A stretch of 34,141 nt of DNA from a virus (Duplodnaviria > Caudoviricetes). Below, piece by piece: positions 1 to 7,806 of the stretch; positions within the stretch are counted from its first letter, which is position 1; each line of letters begins with the position of its first letter. A model generated the notes under the pieces. It did not search any database. It was not told where the DNA came from and saw only the letters and a program-made list of their open reading frames with translations. The stretch spans positions 1 through 34,141 of the IMG/VR virus record IMGVR_UViG_3300017553_000344; one strand, 5' to 3'. The position numbers were made by a program, and so were the translations under genes.

Positions 1-150
1 CCTGCGGACGATCATCCCCGAAATGCCCTGCCCAAGATCAGCGGAATATACAGGGAGGCCGACCGCCGTAGCGCAAGCCAATACGTCTACGGGCGCTTCC
101 TTCATGTAGGGGCGGAAAGCCGCCAGATATTCAGGCGGGATTGCGCTCAT
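1..150 (-). CDS. ImmA/IrrE (DUF955)-like metallopeptidase, N-terminal fragment running off the window
   Basis: Not in ORF track. RBS AAGGAG, then MSAIPPEYLAAFRPYMKEAPVDVLACATAVGLPVYSADLGQGISGMIVRR. The PVDV..A..LG..V...L..GISG pattern is typical of ImmA/IrrE N-termini; the HExxH motif would lie outside the window. Confidence 0.6.
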   Translation of the reverse strand, partial: MSAIPPEYLAAFRPYMKEAPVDVLACATAVGLPVYSADLGQGISGMIVRR

Positions 151-288
151 ATCCCAGCTCCTTCGTTAGGTTCTTTGGGGAAGGGGGATTCACCCCTCTC
201 CCACATCAGAAACTAAGCCCAGCCTGCGATCAATGCCACCCCAAGCGCGACAATCCCCCGCTTCATAAGCCCATAACTACTGAACCCG

Positions 289-621
289 TCAGCCGTTGGT
301 GCCGTCGCGCTTGCGGCGCTTCAAATCTACCCTCTCCGCGTCCTCGCCAAAGCGCCGGGTCGTTTCAACGACCTTTGCCGCATCATCGCGCAGGCGGCGG
401 ATTGCCATTGCATCCTCTGGATGCATCAGCAGTTCATAAGGCGCGAGATGGAGATAAAGGGAAATGGCGTTGACATCATCGCGGCCATATTCCTGCTTGC
501 CTGAGCAAAGCAGGCTGACCGTCGATTTATTATAATCGAGGTCGCGCACCAAGTCGGCCTGCTTCTTCTGAAGCGTCTTCAGCCATTCGGTTAGGTACCA
601 GTCGTGCGTAGGGTTAGCCAT
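289..621 (-). CDS. XRE-family HTH prophage repressor (CI-like, no S24 peptidase domain)
   Basis: WYLTEW..KKQADLVRDLDYNKSTVSLLCSGKQEY HTH; divergent from cro; start re-called at ATG 621 (110 aa). Confidence 0.8.
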   Translation of the reverse strand: MANPTHDWYLTEWLKTLQKKQADLVRDLDYNKSTVSLLCSGKQEYGRDDVNAISLYLHLAPYELLMHPEDAMAIRRLRDDAAKVVETTRRFGEDAERVDLKRRKRDGTNG

Positions 622-641
622 GACGAGAGAATAGCCTTTCT

Positions 642-707
642 TGAACGAAAATTCGTTCAGACAGACTAAACAAAAGGGCTTCCGTCTTTTGTTTAGATAG
701 GCTAAAC
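642..707. promoter_or_regulatory. Lysis/lysogeny switch operators
   Basis: Two 17-bp near-palindromes, GTTCAG-ACAGA-CTAAAC (655-671) and GTTTAG-ATAGG-CTAAAC (691-707), plus TGAACGAA-AA-TTCGTTCA (642-659), in the AT-rich divergent intergenic region. Confidence 0.75.
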
Positions 708-716
708 GTATTTCCC

Positions 717-947
717 ATGAACCTAGAGACATATTTGAGGCGACCCGGCGCGCTGAACCTGACGGCACTCAGCCGTTCAATCGGCATATCCAAGAGCCGC
801 TTGTCGCAACTTCGCGGCAGAACCGATTGGCCGCCCGAACTCGCTCTAAAAGCCGAGCGCGCAACCAACGGCGAGGTCAATGCATCGGAACTGTCTCCGG
901 TCATTGCAGACGCCCGCGCCACCACCCACCGGGAGGCGGCGTCGTGA
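717..947 (+). CDS. Cro-like HTH regulator
   Basis: 76 aa, LTALSRSIGISKSRLSQL HTH and LALKAERATNGEV..EL.P Cro/YdaS-like tail; divergent from the repressor. Confidence 0.8.
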   Translation: MNLETYLRRPGALNLTALSRSIGISKSRLSQLRGRTDWPPELALKAERATNGEVNASELSPVIADARATTHREAAS

Positions 948-1096
948 GGTCGCTGCGCAGCCTTATCCGGCGCTGGCTTGGCGTTCCCACGCGGGCGGAA
1001 ATTCGCGGAGCGGTGGCTACTCCTGCATTCCGCGAAGCTGTTGCTCAACTTGACGCCAAAAGCCCTCCTCGTGATGGAGGATGCGTTGAACGGTAG
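944..1096 (+). CDS. Small hypothetical protein
   Basis: GTGA overlap with the cro stop; 50 aa; overlaps the antisense gene at 1017-1295. Confidence 0.35.
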   Translation: MRSLRSLIRRWLGVPTRAEIRGAVATPAFREAVAQLDAKSPPRDGGCVER

Positions 1097-1295
1097 GATG
1101 CAGTCCGGGGTTCGGTTCAACGAAGCCGATCCGCTCATAAATGCTCTCAAGCGCGGAAAGGCTTTCTTCTGCCAGCCGCTGGCATGTCCCAAGCGGATCA
1201 GAGCCAGAATTGCGGATAAAGTTCGCCCAAAGCGCCGTGGTGACGTGTGTGAGCATAAGTATTTGGGCCGAAAGGTCTTGCTGCGTTTCGTCCAT
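1017..1295 (-). CDS. Hypothetical helical protein, antisense to the early operon (moron-like)
   Basis: Purine-rich RBS GGAAAGGAAAAGAG before ATG 1295; 92 aa MDETQQDLSAQILML...; protein-like composition. Confidence 0.6.
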   Translation of the reverse strand: MDETQQDLSAQILMLTHVTTALWANFIRNSGSDPLGTCQRLAEESLSALESIYERIGFVEPNPGLHPTVQRILHHEEGFWRQVEQQLRGMQE

Positions 1296-1381
1296 CTCTT
1301 TTCCTTTCCAGTCGTGTCTGCACAACCGACTGTAGCCGAAGCCGGGGGCGTCACAAGCGCCCTCGGCGGAGGGCTGGCCGC

Positions 1382-1612
1382 ATGACCTGCCGCGCCTGCG
1401 CCTCCCCGGCTTACCTCTGCGACTGCAACCAGATTTATGCGCTGGGCATAATCCCCCCGCCCGCGTGTAACGGGGCCGATGCACCTCCCAGCGTCGGCCC
1501 CGACCGTTCTCCGAATCGTCATGGCGCGCGCCGTACCACGCGGCCTTTTTTGCGGCCAAATCGATTTACCAAGTATTTCAATACCTTGTATAAAAAGGGG
1601 ATTGTGAGATGA
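1382..1612 (+). CDS. Hypothetical protein (Cys-rich N-terminus)
   Basis: GGAGG upstream; stop overlaps the next start (ATGA). Confidence 0.35.
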   Translation: MTCRACASPAYLCDCNQIYALGIIPPPACNGADAPPSVGPDRSPNRHGARRTTRPFLRPNRFTKYFNTLYKKGIVR

Positions 1613-1779
1613 TCTTCGCGGTAATTGTCGCGCTCATTCTCGGAGCGCTCGCCGGTCTGTGCGCCGGTTCGCTGCTCGCTGGTGCAAAGCTCACCGAGCT
1701 GGTGGAGGAGAACGCGGAACTGCGCGCTTCTCTGCCGGAGCGCGATGCTCGCGGGCGGTTCGTGAAGGCCCCAGAATGA
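1609..1779 (+). CDS. Small membrane protein (56 aa)
   Basis: Not in ORF track: MIFAVIVALILGALAGLCAGSLL...ERDARGRFVKAPE. TM helix plus RD..GRF motif; ATGA-coupled on both sides. Confidence 0.6.
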   Translation: MIFAVIVALILGALAGLCAGSLLAGAKLTELVEENAELRASLPERDARGRFVKAPE

Positions 1780-1979
1780 TGGGCCTCACCCCTCGCCAAT
1801 TTGAGCTGCTGGAGTTCATCCGCTCCACCTGGACGAAATCCGGGCGCGCGCCGCTGATCCACGAGATGATGGACCATCAGGATACGCGGTCGATCAACAG
1901 CATTCAGCGACGCCTGAGGGCCTTGGAGGATCGCGGGTTCATCCGGCGCGCGGGACACGGTTGGGAGGTGTGCGAATGA
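1776..1979 (+). CDS. LexA-type winged-helix DNA-binding domain only (67 aa)
   Basis: LTPRQFELLEFI...G.AP...EM...S...RRL.ALEDRGFIRR matches the LexA N-terminal domain; no peptidase domain. Confidence 0.75.
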   Translation: MMGLTPRQFELLEFIRSTWTKSGRAPLIHEMMDHQDTRSINSIQRRLRALEDRGFIRRAGHGWEVCE

Positions 1980-2149
1980 TTCGCCTCATCCGCCAATATA
2001 TCGCCCGGCGTCGTCTCGCACGGCTCAAGAAGCAAACCGAAGCAGTCAATGCATCGTGGAGCATCAACCGCAATCGCCAACTATCGCCAGCCCGTCGCGC
2101 ACATATCGCGGTTCTGGTGGCCGGTATCAGCAAGAGGAAAGAGATATGA
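1976..2149 (+). CDS. Small basic hypothetical protein
   Basis: GGAGG RBS; ATGA overlaps at both ends. Confidence 0.55.
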   Translation: MIRLIRQYIARRRLARLKKQTEAVNASWSINRNRQLSPARRAHIAVLVAGISKRKEI

Positions 2150-2400
2150 GTGAGAGCATCGCAGCGGACGAACTCCGCTTGATTGTAGAGCGTTACGAGC
2201 GTCTCGATGAAGAGAAAAAAGGCATCGCGGACGATCAGAAGGACGTGCTGAGCGAGGCGAAGGCGCGCGGCTACTGCACGAAAACGATCCGGGCAATCGT
2301 GAAGCTCCGCAAACAGGAAAGCCATGTCCGGCAGGAATCCGAAACGCTCCTCGCAACCTATGCGCGGGCGCTTGGGATGCAGCTTCATTTCGACATCTGA
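2146..2400 (+). CDS. gapR: GapR-like (DUF2312) nucleoid-associated protein
   Basis: AADELRLIVERYERLDEEKKGIADDQKDVLSEAKARGY..K.IRAIVKLRK...E.LL.TY..ALGM is the DUF2312 signature; start re-called at 2146. Confidence 0.9.
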   Translation: MSESIAADELRLIVERYERLDEEKKGIADDQKDVLSEAKARGYCTKTIRAIVKLRKQESHVRQESETLLATYARALGMQLHFDI

Positions 2401-2448
2401 TTTGCCCGGACGGCGGTTGCACGACCGTCGCGAGGATCAACCCAGATC

Positions 2449-2646
2449 ATGAGCGACAACATGCAGACAGAATTTCAGCCTTGGAACGGACGGCGCGCCT
2501 TTACCGGCGACAAGCCGATACGCGTGCTTTTTCGCAATGGCCGCGTGTCGAAGGACGCGCTTCCGGCCTCGAAGTGGCGCGGGCGCTGGGGGACACCGTT
2601 CCCGCAAGCGTGGGACTTCGACATCGTGGGGGTTAAGCCGGAATGA
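2449..2646 (+). CDS. Hypothetical phage protein
   Basis: 65 aa with VLFRNG and W...DIV pattern; coupled to the next gene. Confidence 0.6.
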   Translation: MSDNMQTEFQPWNGRRAFTGDKPIRVLFRNGRVSKDALPASKWRGRWGTPFPQAWDFDIVGVKPE

Positions 2647-3278
2647 GCCAGAACCGTTCCACTGCTGTCATGCAACGCCGTGTCGAGGCCCATGATTCCC
2701 TTGACGACTTCCCGACACCGCCGTGGGCGACGCGTTCCGCATGTGAATTTCTGTTCGCAAAGGGCATTAGTCTTTCTGGCGCGTCTGTGCGTGAACCATG
2801 CGCGAACCGTGGTCATATGGTCCGCCCACTTTCCGAATATTTTGCAGAAGTCGTGCCAAGTGATGTGCATGATTATGGCTGCGGCTTCCCCGTACAGGAT
2901 TTTCTGTTTGGGTCCGATGACTGGTTTGAGCCAACAGACTGGACGTTTATGAACCCGCCTTTCCGGCTGGCGGCTCAGTTCATCGAGAGGGCTTTGCGCA
3001 TCAGTCGCGTTGGCGTCGCGGCGATTGTTCGGACAGCCTTCCTTGAGGGCATCGACCGCTACCAGACGCTCTACAGTATCCGCCCGCCGTGGTGTGTAGC
3101 CATCCATGTGGAGCGTGTCCCGATGGTAAAAGGTCGCATCGATGGCGAGGCCTCAAGCGCGACAAGTTACAGCTGGATATTCTGGCGAACGGATACAGAT
3201 GAGCGGTTGCCTATCGACTGGATCGCCCCGTGCCGAAAGCGCCTTGAGCGCCCCTCTGATTACGAGGTGGCGGAATGA
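2643..3278 (+). CDS. Orphan DNA amino (N6-adenine) methyltransferase
   Basis: DDFPTPPW, EPCANRGHM (SAM-binding) and catalytic NPPF motif. Confidence 0.85.
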   Translation: MSQNRSTAVMQRRVEAHDSLDDFPTPPWATRSACEFLFAKGISLSGASVREPCANRGHMVRPLSEYFAEVVPSDVHDYGCGFPVQDFLFGSDDWFEPTDWTFMNPPFRLAAQFIERALRISRVGVAAIVRTAFLEGIDRYQTLYSIRPPWCVAIHVERVPMVKGRIDGEASSATSYSWIFWRTDTDERLPIDWIAPCRKRLERPSDYEVAE

Positions 3279-3640
3279 AACGCACCTCCAAGCACGGCAA
3301 CGCGAAGAAAACGGGCTGCCTGCACGGCCACACGCACGACAGCAGGCGCGAGGCCAAGCGGTGTAATGACCTGCATATCCTCCAGCGTGCTGGCGCCATC
3401 ATCGGCCTGACTAATCAGCCGCGCTATGAATTCCGCATCGGCGGTCGCCCTGTTCGCATGGGTAACGGTCAATGCGCCCGCGTGACGCTCGACTTTGCCT
3501 ATTTCGAGATGCCGGGCGAAAAAGCGGTCGCGGAGGACGTGAAGGGCCGCAGCCGCGAGGCCGATAGCCGTGATTGGCCATTGAGGCGCGCGCTGTTTCA
3601 GGCGCTGTATCCTGATGTCGAACTGAGGGTGGTGCGATGA
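3275..3640 (+). CDS. DUF1064-like PD-(D/E)xK endonuclease
   Basis: SK.GNAKK, DSRREAKR, DF.Y, EDVKG motifs. Confidence 0.75.
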   Translation: MKRTSKHGNAKKTGCLHGHTHDSRREAKRCNDLHILQRAGAIIGLTNQPRYEFRIGGRPVRMGNGQCARVTLDFAYFEMPGEKAVAEDVKGRSREADSRDWPLRRALFQALYPDVELRVVR

Positions 3641-4281
3641 CCCTCTCCGCCGCAGCAATTCGCCTTATGGCCGAAAAAGGCCTGTCCGCGCTCGACATAG
3701 CTGAGATTGCGGAAGCGATGGACTGCGCGCCCATGCAGCCGTCAATTGACCATCAGGCTGAGCGGCGCAGGGCTGCGGATCGCGAGAGGAAAAAAGCCGC
3801 ACGTCTGCGGAATGTCTGCGGACAATCTGCGGAAACGTCTGCGGATAATGCGGAAACCACCCCCTTTCCCTCCCCCTCCCCTTCTTTCCCCCCAGACCCC
3901 CCAAATAACCCCACCCCCACCCATACCCCCGGAAATAATCCGCGCGCGCGTAAGGGAACCCGGCTGGATGAAGACTGGAAACCGGAGCCTGTCATCGGGA
4001 AAACGGCGGAAATGCTGGATGCGTGGCCACCCGGCGCCATCGATCGGGAACTGGAGAAGTTTCGAAATTACTGGCTGGCGAAGGCAGGCAAAGACGCTTG
4101 CAAAACCAGTTGGCAGCGAACGTGGATCAACTGGCTGATTTCAGCGGACGAAAGGATCGCAAAGCATGGAAACGATCGGCAAAGCAGCGCTAACCGTCAT
4201 CGCGGGCGGGATGGATTCCTCAACGCCTGCTTCGAAGCCGCAGCTGGCCAAGCCGCCTATCCGACTACCGGAGACGGTTGA
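3637..4281 (+). CDS. Phage replication initiation protein (O-like, DnaT-like C-terminal domain)
   Basis: DRERKK N-terminal region, internal repeat/Pro-rich linker, C-terminal KFRNYW...KTSWQRTWINW. Confidence 0.75.
   Translation: MTLSAAAIRLMAEKGLSALDIAEIAEAMDCAPMQPSIDHQAERRRAADRERKKAARLRNVCGQSAETSADNAETTPFPSPSPSFPPDPPNNPTPTHTPGNNPRARKGTRLDEDWKPEPVIGKTAEMLDAWPPGAIDRELEKFRNYWLAKAGKDACKTSWQRTWINWLISADERIAKHGNDRQSSANRHRGRDGFLNACFEAAAGQAAYPTTGDG
3803..3930 (+). repeat. Probable replication origin: iterons followed by a C-rich tract inside the initiator gene
   Basis: TCTGCGGA at 3804, 3815, 3826, 3838 and ATGCGGA at 3848 (spacing 11, 11, 12, 10), then a poly-C/pyrimidine tract at about 3858-3930. 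Confidence 0.7.
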
Positions 4282-4789
4282 GGAGGCCAAGGCGCTGCGG
4301 ATATGGGCTGATACCCAGGACGATCGGCAAACGCCCGCCTCTCCGTTGCAGATCACCAAGCATCTGACCTATCTCGCCACAACCCTGCCGAGCAAAACGC
4401 AGGACGACACCAGCGGGAAAATGCGGTTCGCGGTCTATTCGAGCATCCTTGCCGAATATAGCAACGAAGCGCTGGCCTACATGGCCCGTCGCGCCTGCGA
4501 AGAGCTCGATTGGTTTCCATCGCCGCGCTGGTGTCTCGAAACCGCGGGCAAATATCGGCCTCCTGTCAGCGAGAAAGAGCAGGCGCTAGCCCTGTGTCAT
4601 CGGTTCTTTCAGGGGAAGTTCGAGGATTTCATTTTCGCCCTGACGCACGGAACCGCCGATCAGGACATGGTTGATAGCACTCCGCTGCAATGGCGGAAAA
4701 TCGCGATGGAGCGCGGCTATCTGCGCTGGATACAGGAGCGTGAGCAGTATGTGATCCGTCGGCCTGTACTTGTGGAGACGCCCGCATGA
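4166..4789 (+). CDS. Putative helicase loader / P-like replication accessory protein
   Basis: Follows the initiator; Y...L.EYS.EAL....RRA....DWFPSP pattern seen in phage P/G39P-like proteins; start uncertain. Confidence 0.5.
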   Translation: METIGKAALTVIAGGMDSSTPASKPQLAKPPIRLPETVEEAKALRIWADTQDDRQTPASPLQITKHLTYLATTLPSKTQDDTSGKMRFAVYSSILAEYSNEALAYMARRACEELDWFPSPRWCLETAGKYRPPVSEKEQALALCHRFFQGKFEDFIFALTHGTADQDMVDSTPLQWRKIAMERGYLRWIQEREQYVIRRPVLVETPA

Positions 4790-4950
4790 ACATCACCCGC
4801 ATGATCCGCCTCTTCCGCAACCTCCTCCACTCGCCCTGTCCTCAGGTCCGTGAAGCGCGCGCCAAGCGCAAGGCTGCGAAGGCGAGGAAGGGCGAGATGG
4901 CTGCGCGTGAGGTTGAGAGGTTGAGGAAATGCAGGGAGATGATGGGGTGA
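4786..4950 (+). CDS. Small basic hypothetical protein (54 aa)
   Basis: Not in ORF track; GGAG RBS, ATGA overlap; MNITRMIRLFRNLLHSPC... Confidence 0.5.
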   Translation: MNITRMIRLFRNLLHSPCPQVREARAKRKAAKARKGEMAAREVERLRKCREMMG

Positions 4951-5465
4951 GTGAGATGACGGTGATTGCGCTGCCTTGCGCGGACTTTTCCGCTTGGGTC
5001 GAGGAAGGGCGCTCCCTTGCGGAAAAGCGCCGAAATGTCGATTGGGAGATTGGCGACTGGATGCTCTCCGGTCGCGAGCATGGTTTCCTCGATCAGGCAG
5101 GCTTCGATTTCCTCGCGGATAATCTCGGCATCGCCCCAAAGCGCCTCAAAGACATCACCAAGGCGGCAATCGCGTTCCCAGTCCATCTCAGGGACGCGGC
5201 GCTGACGATCGAGCATCACGCGGCTGTCAGTCCTCTACCCAAGCAGGAGGCTATGGAGCTACTGCACGCGGCCAGAGACAAGCACTGGACGCCTGAACAG
5301 ACCAGATACGAGGCTATGAAGGCCCATCCCCGCGACACTGACCGGAAGGTTGAGGAAAGCCCGCTGGAGAGCTTCCTGCGCCACTGGAACCGCCTCCCCC
5401 GGCCTGTGAGGTTCGAAGCGGCGGAAATGATCGCAGCCAGCCACGGAGAGGAGATTGAGCCGTGA
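4947..5465 (+). CDS. LmbU-like transcriptional regulator
   Basis: WEIGDW..G, LGI....L....AA.AFP...R...LTIEHHAAV..LP..E...LL..A....WT...R matches the LmbU family pattern; GTG 4947 or ATG 4956 start. Confidence 0.6.
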   Translation: MSEMTVIALPCADFSAWVEEGRSLAEKRRNVDWEIGDWMLSGREHGFLDQAGFDFLADNLGIAPKRLKDITKAAIAFPVHLRDAALTIEHHAAVSPLPKQEAMELLHAARDKHWTPEQTRYEAMKAHPRDTDRKVEESPLESFLRHWNRLPRPVRFEAAEMIAASHGEEIEP

Positions 5466-5671
5466 TCAAATCGCGACCCTATGAACCGGCGCCTGACGGG
5501 TTTGCCTATCGCTTCGTCAAGGACGGATGGCGTGGTGTCGAGCGCTATTACGGCGGGCGCACGGCGCGGAATAAGCGCTGGTTGAAGGAATGTGGTCGCG
5601 ACCGGCTGATCGCGTTGCGGCAGCGGTATATGAAGGGGGATGTGAGCGCGCTTGAGGAGGTCCGGACGTGA
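5462..5671 (+). CDS. Hypothetical protein
   Basis: GTGA-coupled to neighbours; 69 aa. Confidence 0.6.
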   Translation: MIKSRPYEPAPDGFAYRFVKDGWRGVERYYGGRTARNKRWLKECGRDRLIALRQRYMKGDVSALEEVRT

Positions 5672-6045
5672 GCGGTCCGATTGCCAACGACAAGCATGAA
5701 CGCTTTTGTCAGGCTATCCTCCGAGGCGAGACGCTTGTCCAGGCCTATGTGTCGGCGGGGTACAAGCCCAGCGAGAAAAATGCCGCCCGCTTGAGGAAAA
5801 TTGAGGGGGTCAGCGTCCGTATCGCTGAGTTGCAGGAGAAGGCTGCTGACATAGCAGTTCTAACCGCAGCGGACATCGCCCGCCAGTTAGACGAGGATCG
5901 CGCCTTCGCTCGTGAAATGGAGGCTCCGTCCGCCATGGTTGCTGCGACGATGGGCAAGGCGAAGGTGCTGGGGCTCATAGTCGACAAGACCCAAATGACC
6001 GGCGCGATGACGCTGGTGGTAAGCAATGAAGATGCGACTGCGTGA
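5668..6045 (+). CDS. terS: Terminase small subunit
   Basis: KHERFCQ...G....QAY..AGY..N..AARL HTH and K.LGL motif; directly upstream of terL. Confidence 0.85.
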   Translation: MSGPIANDKHERFCQAILRGETLVQAYVSAGYKPSEKNAARLRKIEGVSVRIAELQEKAADIAVLTAADIARQLDEDRAFAREMEAPSAMVAATMGKAKVLGLIVDKTQMTGAMTLVVSNEDATA

Positions 6046-7372
6046 CGGTCTAACGGCGCGCCAGTTTGAGGCGCGCAGGCTATTGAATGGCCCCGCTCGC
6101 AACATCATGCTTCGCGGCGGTTCACGTTCAGGCAAGACGTTCCTGATCGTCAGAAACATCGTCCAGCGGGCCATCAACGCGCCGAACAGCCGCCACGCGA
6201 TATTCCGCTTCCGCTTCAACCACGCGAAGACCAGCATCTGGGCCGACACCCTGCCCAAGGTGCTAAAGCTGTGCTTCCCGGCCCTGCGCGTCCGCTTCGA
6301 TAAGACGGATTTCTATGTCGAGCTACCCAACGGCTCGCAAATCTGGATAGCGGGCCTCGACGACAAGGAGCGCGTTGAGAAGATCCTCGGCGCCGAATAT
6401 GTGACGCTCTACTTCAACGAGAGCAGCCAGATTCCATGGGGGTCCGTGGAAATGGCAATGTCTCGCCTGGCGCAGAAGTGCGAGCTGGCACCGGAGATCG
6501 CTGCGGCGACCGGTCGGACGCATCTGCCGCTGAAAGCCTATTTCGACTGCAACCCGCCGAGCAAGCTGCACTGGTCATTCCAGCTATTCCGGCAGAAGCT
6601 CAAGCCCGGCACGAAGGAGGCGGTGCCGAACCCTGACGATTACGTCGAGATGAAGGTCAACCCCTCCGACAACGCGGACAACCTGCCGGCCGAGTATTTC
6701 GAGGTTCTAGCGTCCATGTCCGCGGCCAAGCGGCTCCGGTTCGAGGCGGGTGAATGGGCGAGCGAGGTCAACGGCGCCTTATGGACGCTGGAGGATCGCA
6801 AGGCTGCTGATGATCGGGTGATTCCTGGCATCGACAGCACACGAATTGCCGAGGCCGACAAGCCGCAGTTGGTACGTATTGTGGTCGCGGTAGACCCATC
6901 AGGAACAAAGGGCGACGGGACAGGCGACGACATCGGCATCGTGGTCGCGGGCAAGGGTATCGACGGGCGGGCCTATGTGCTGGAGGACGCGACGTGCCAG
7001 TTATCGCCTGACGGATGGGGGCGGCGCGCGGTCGAGATGTATCACCGCTGGAGCGCTGACCGGGTGATCGGCGAGCGCAACTACGGGGGTGCGATGGTGG
7101 CGTTCGTGGTCAAGACGGCTGACGCAGCGGTCCCGTTCAAGGAAGTGACGGCCTCACGGGGCAAGGCTGTCCGCGCCGAGCCAATCGCTGCGCTCTATGA
7201 ACAAGGCAAGGTCAGTCACGTCGGAACGTTCCCTGATCTTGAAGATCAGATGGTGAATTTCACCGCATCCGGTTTCGTGGGAGAGGGTTCTCCTGACCGG
7301 GCAGATGCGCTGGTGTGGGCTTTGACCGAACTTATGCTGGAGCATAAGGGTAGCGCGTTTGATGTTCTTTAA
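6026..7372 (+). CDS. terL: Terminase large subunit
   Basis: Walker A GGSRSGKT, Walker B LYFNE, DCNPP, nuclease AVDPS and PDRADA. Confidence 0.95.
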   Translation: MKMRLRDGLTARQFEARRLLNGPARNIMLRGGSRSGKTFLIVRNIVQRAINAPNSRHAIFRFRFNHAKTSIWADTLPKVLKLCFPALRVRFDKTDFYVELPNGSQIWIAGLDDKERVEKILGAEYVTLYFNESSQIPWGSVEMAMSRLAQKCELAPEIAAATGRTHLPLKAYFDCNPPSKLHWSFQLFRQKLKPGTKEAVPNPDDYVEMKVNPSDNADNLPAEYFEVLASMSAAKRLRFEAGEWASEVNGALWTLEDRKAADDRVIPGIDSTRIAEADKPQLVRIVVAVDPSGTKGDGTGDDIGIVVAGKGIDGRAYVLEDATCQLSPDGWGRRAVEMYHRWSADRVIGERNYGGAMVAFVVKTADAAVPFKEVTASRGKAVRAEPIAALYEQGKVSHVGTFPDLEDQMVNFTASGFVGEGSPDRADALVWALTELMLEHKGSAFDVL

Positions 7373-7389
7373 GTGGGGGGGGCAATCAA

Positions 7390-7773
7390 TTGGAACCAGG
7401 TTTCACAGATTATTTGGACGACCTCATCGTCGCTCTGGCTGATGCGCAGACTGGGACAGAGGTGGCGCCCATCGACGTGATTGCGCGCCATGCAATACAA
7501 TTCCGGGACAAGCCGGAAAGTTGGGCGTACGTCGCTGCAAAAGAAATGGAGAGCCGTGGATGGGGATCTTCTTATGTCACTTGGGGTGAGCACTTTTTCA
7601 AAATCAACGGCGCAGGCCTGGCGCGCGCGCAGCAAGTCCGGGAAGAACGCAGGAAGAAGTCGTTTGCCGAACGAATGAGACAGATACCTCGAAGTGATTG
7701 GATCGCTATTTTCTCGGCTTTAGTTTCTCTCGGCGCGCTCTCCGTTTCAATCGTGGCTCTCTGGCGTCCGTAG
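7390..7773 (+). CDS. Inserted accessory protein with C-terminal TM helix (possible winged-helix N-terminus)
   Basis: Between terL and portal; ME.RGW...FKI..AG wHTH-like pattern; hydrophobic C-terminus; stop codon lies in the CGTCCGTAG motif. Confidence 0.6.
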   Translation: MEPGFTDYLDDLIVALADAQTGTEVAPIDVIARHAIQFRDKPESWAYVAAKEMESRGWGSSYVTWGEHFFKINGAGLARAQQVREERRKKSFAERMRQIPRSDWIAIFSALVSLGALSVSIVALWRP

Positions 7774-7806
7774 CATCTCACACCCATGGGGCGGCACCCT
7801 TGTCCC
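7765..7806 (+). promoter_or_regulatory. Putative late promoter, copy 1 (CGTCCGTAG ... CACCCT ... leaderless ATG 7807)
   Basis: Motif starts 42 nt before the portal ATG; no SD. Confidence 0.65.

Noticed and set aside
614-1522. 302-aa minus-strand ORF and 978-1385 plus-strand ORF across the early region
   Set aside because: Arg/Ala/Ser-rich off-frame composition, overlapping better-supported genes.
1527-1556. Possible tR1-like terminator (GCCG...CGGC followed by T6)
   Set aside because: Stem of only about 4 bp; too weak to call.
5814-5860. Seventh CGTCCGTA copy inside terS
   Set aside because: Intragenic, with no CAnnnT hexamer at +28-30 and no ATG at +42. Probably chance, though a promoter for terL cannot be excluded.
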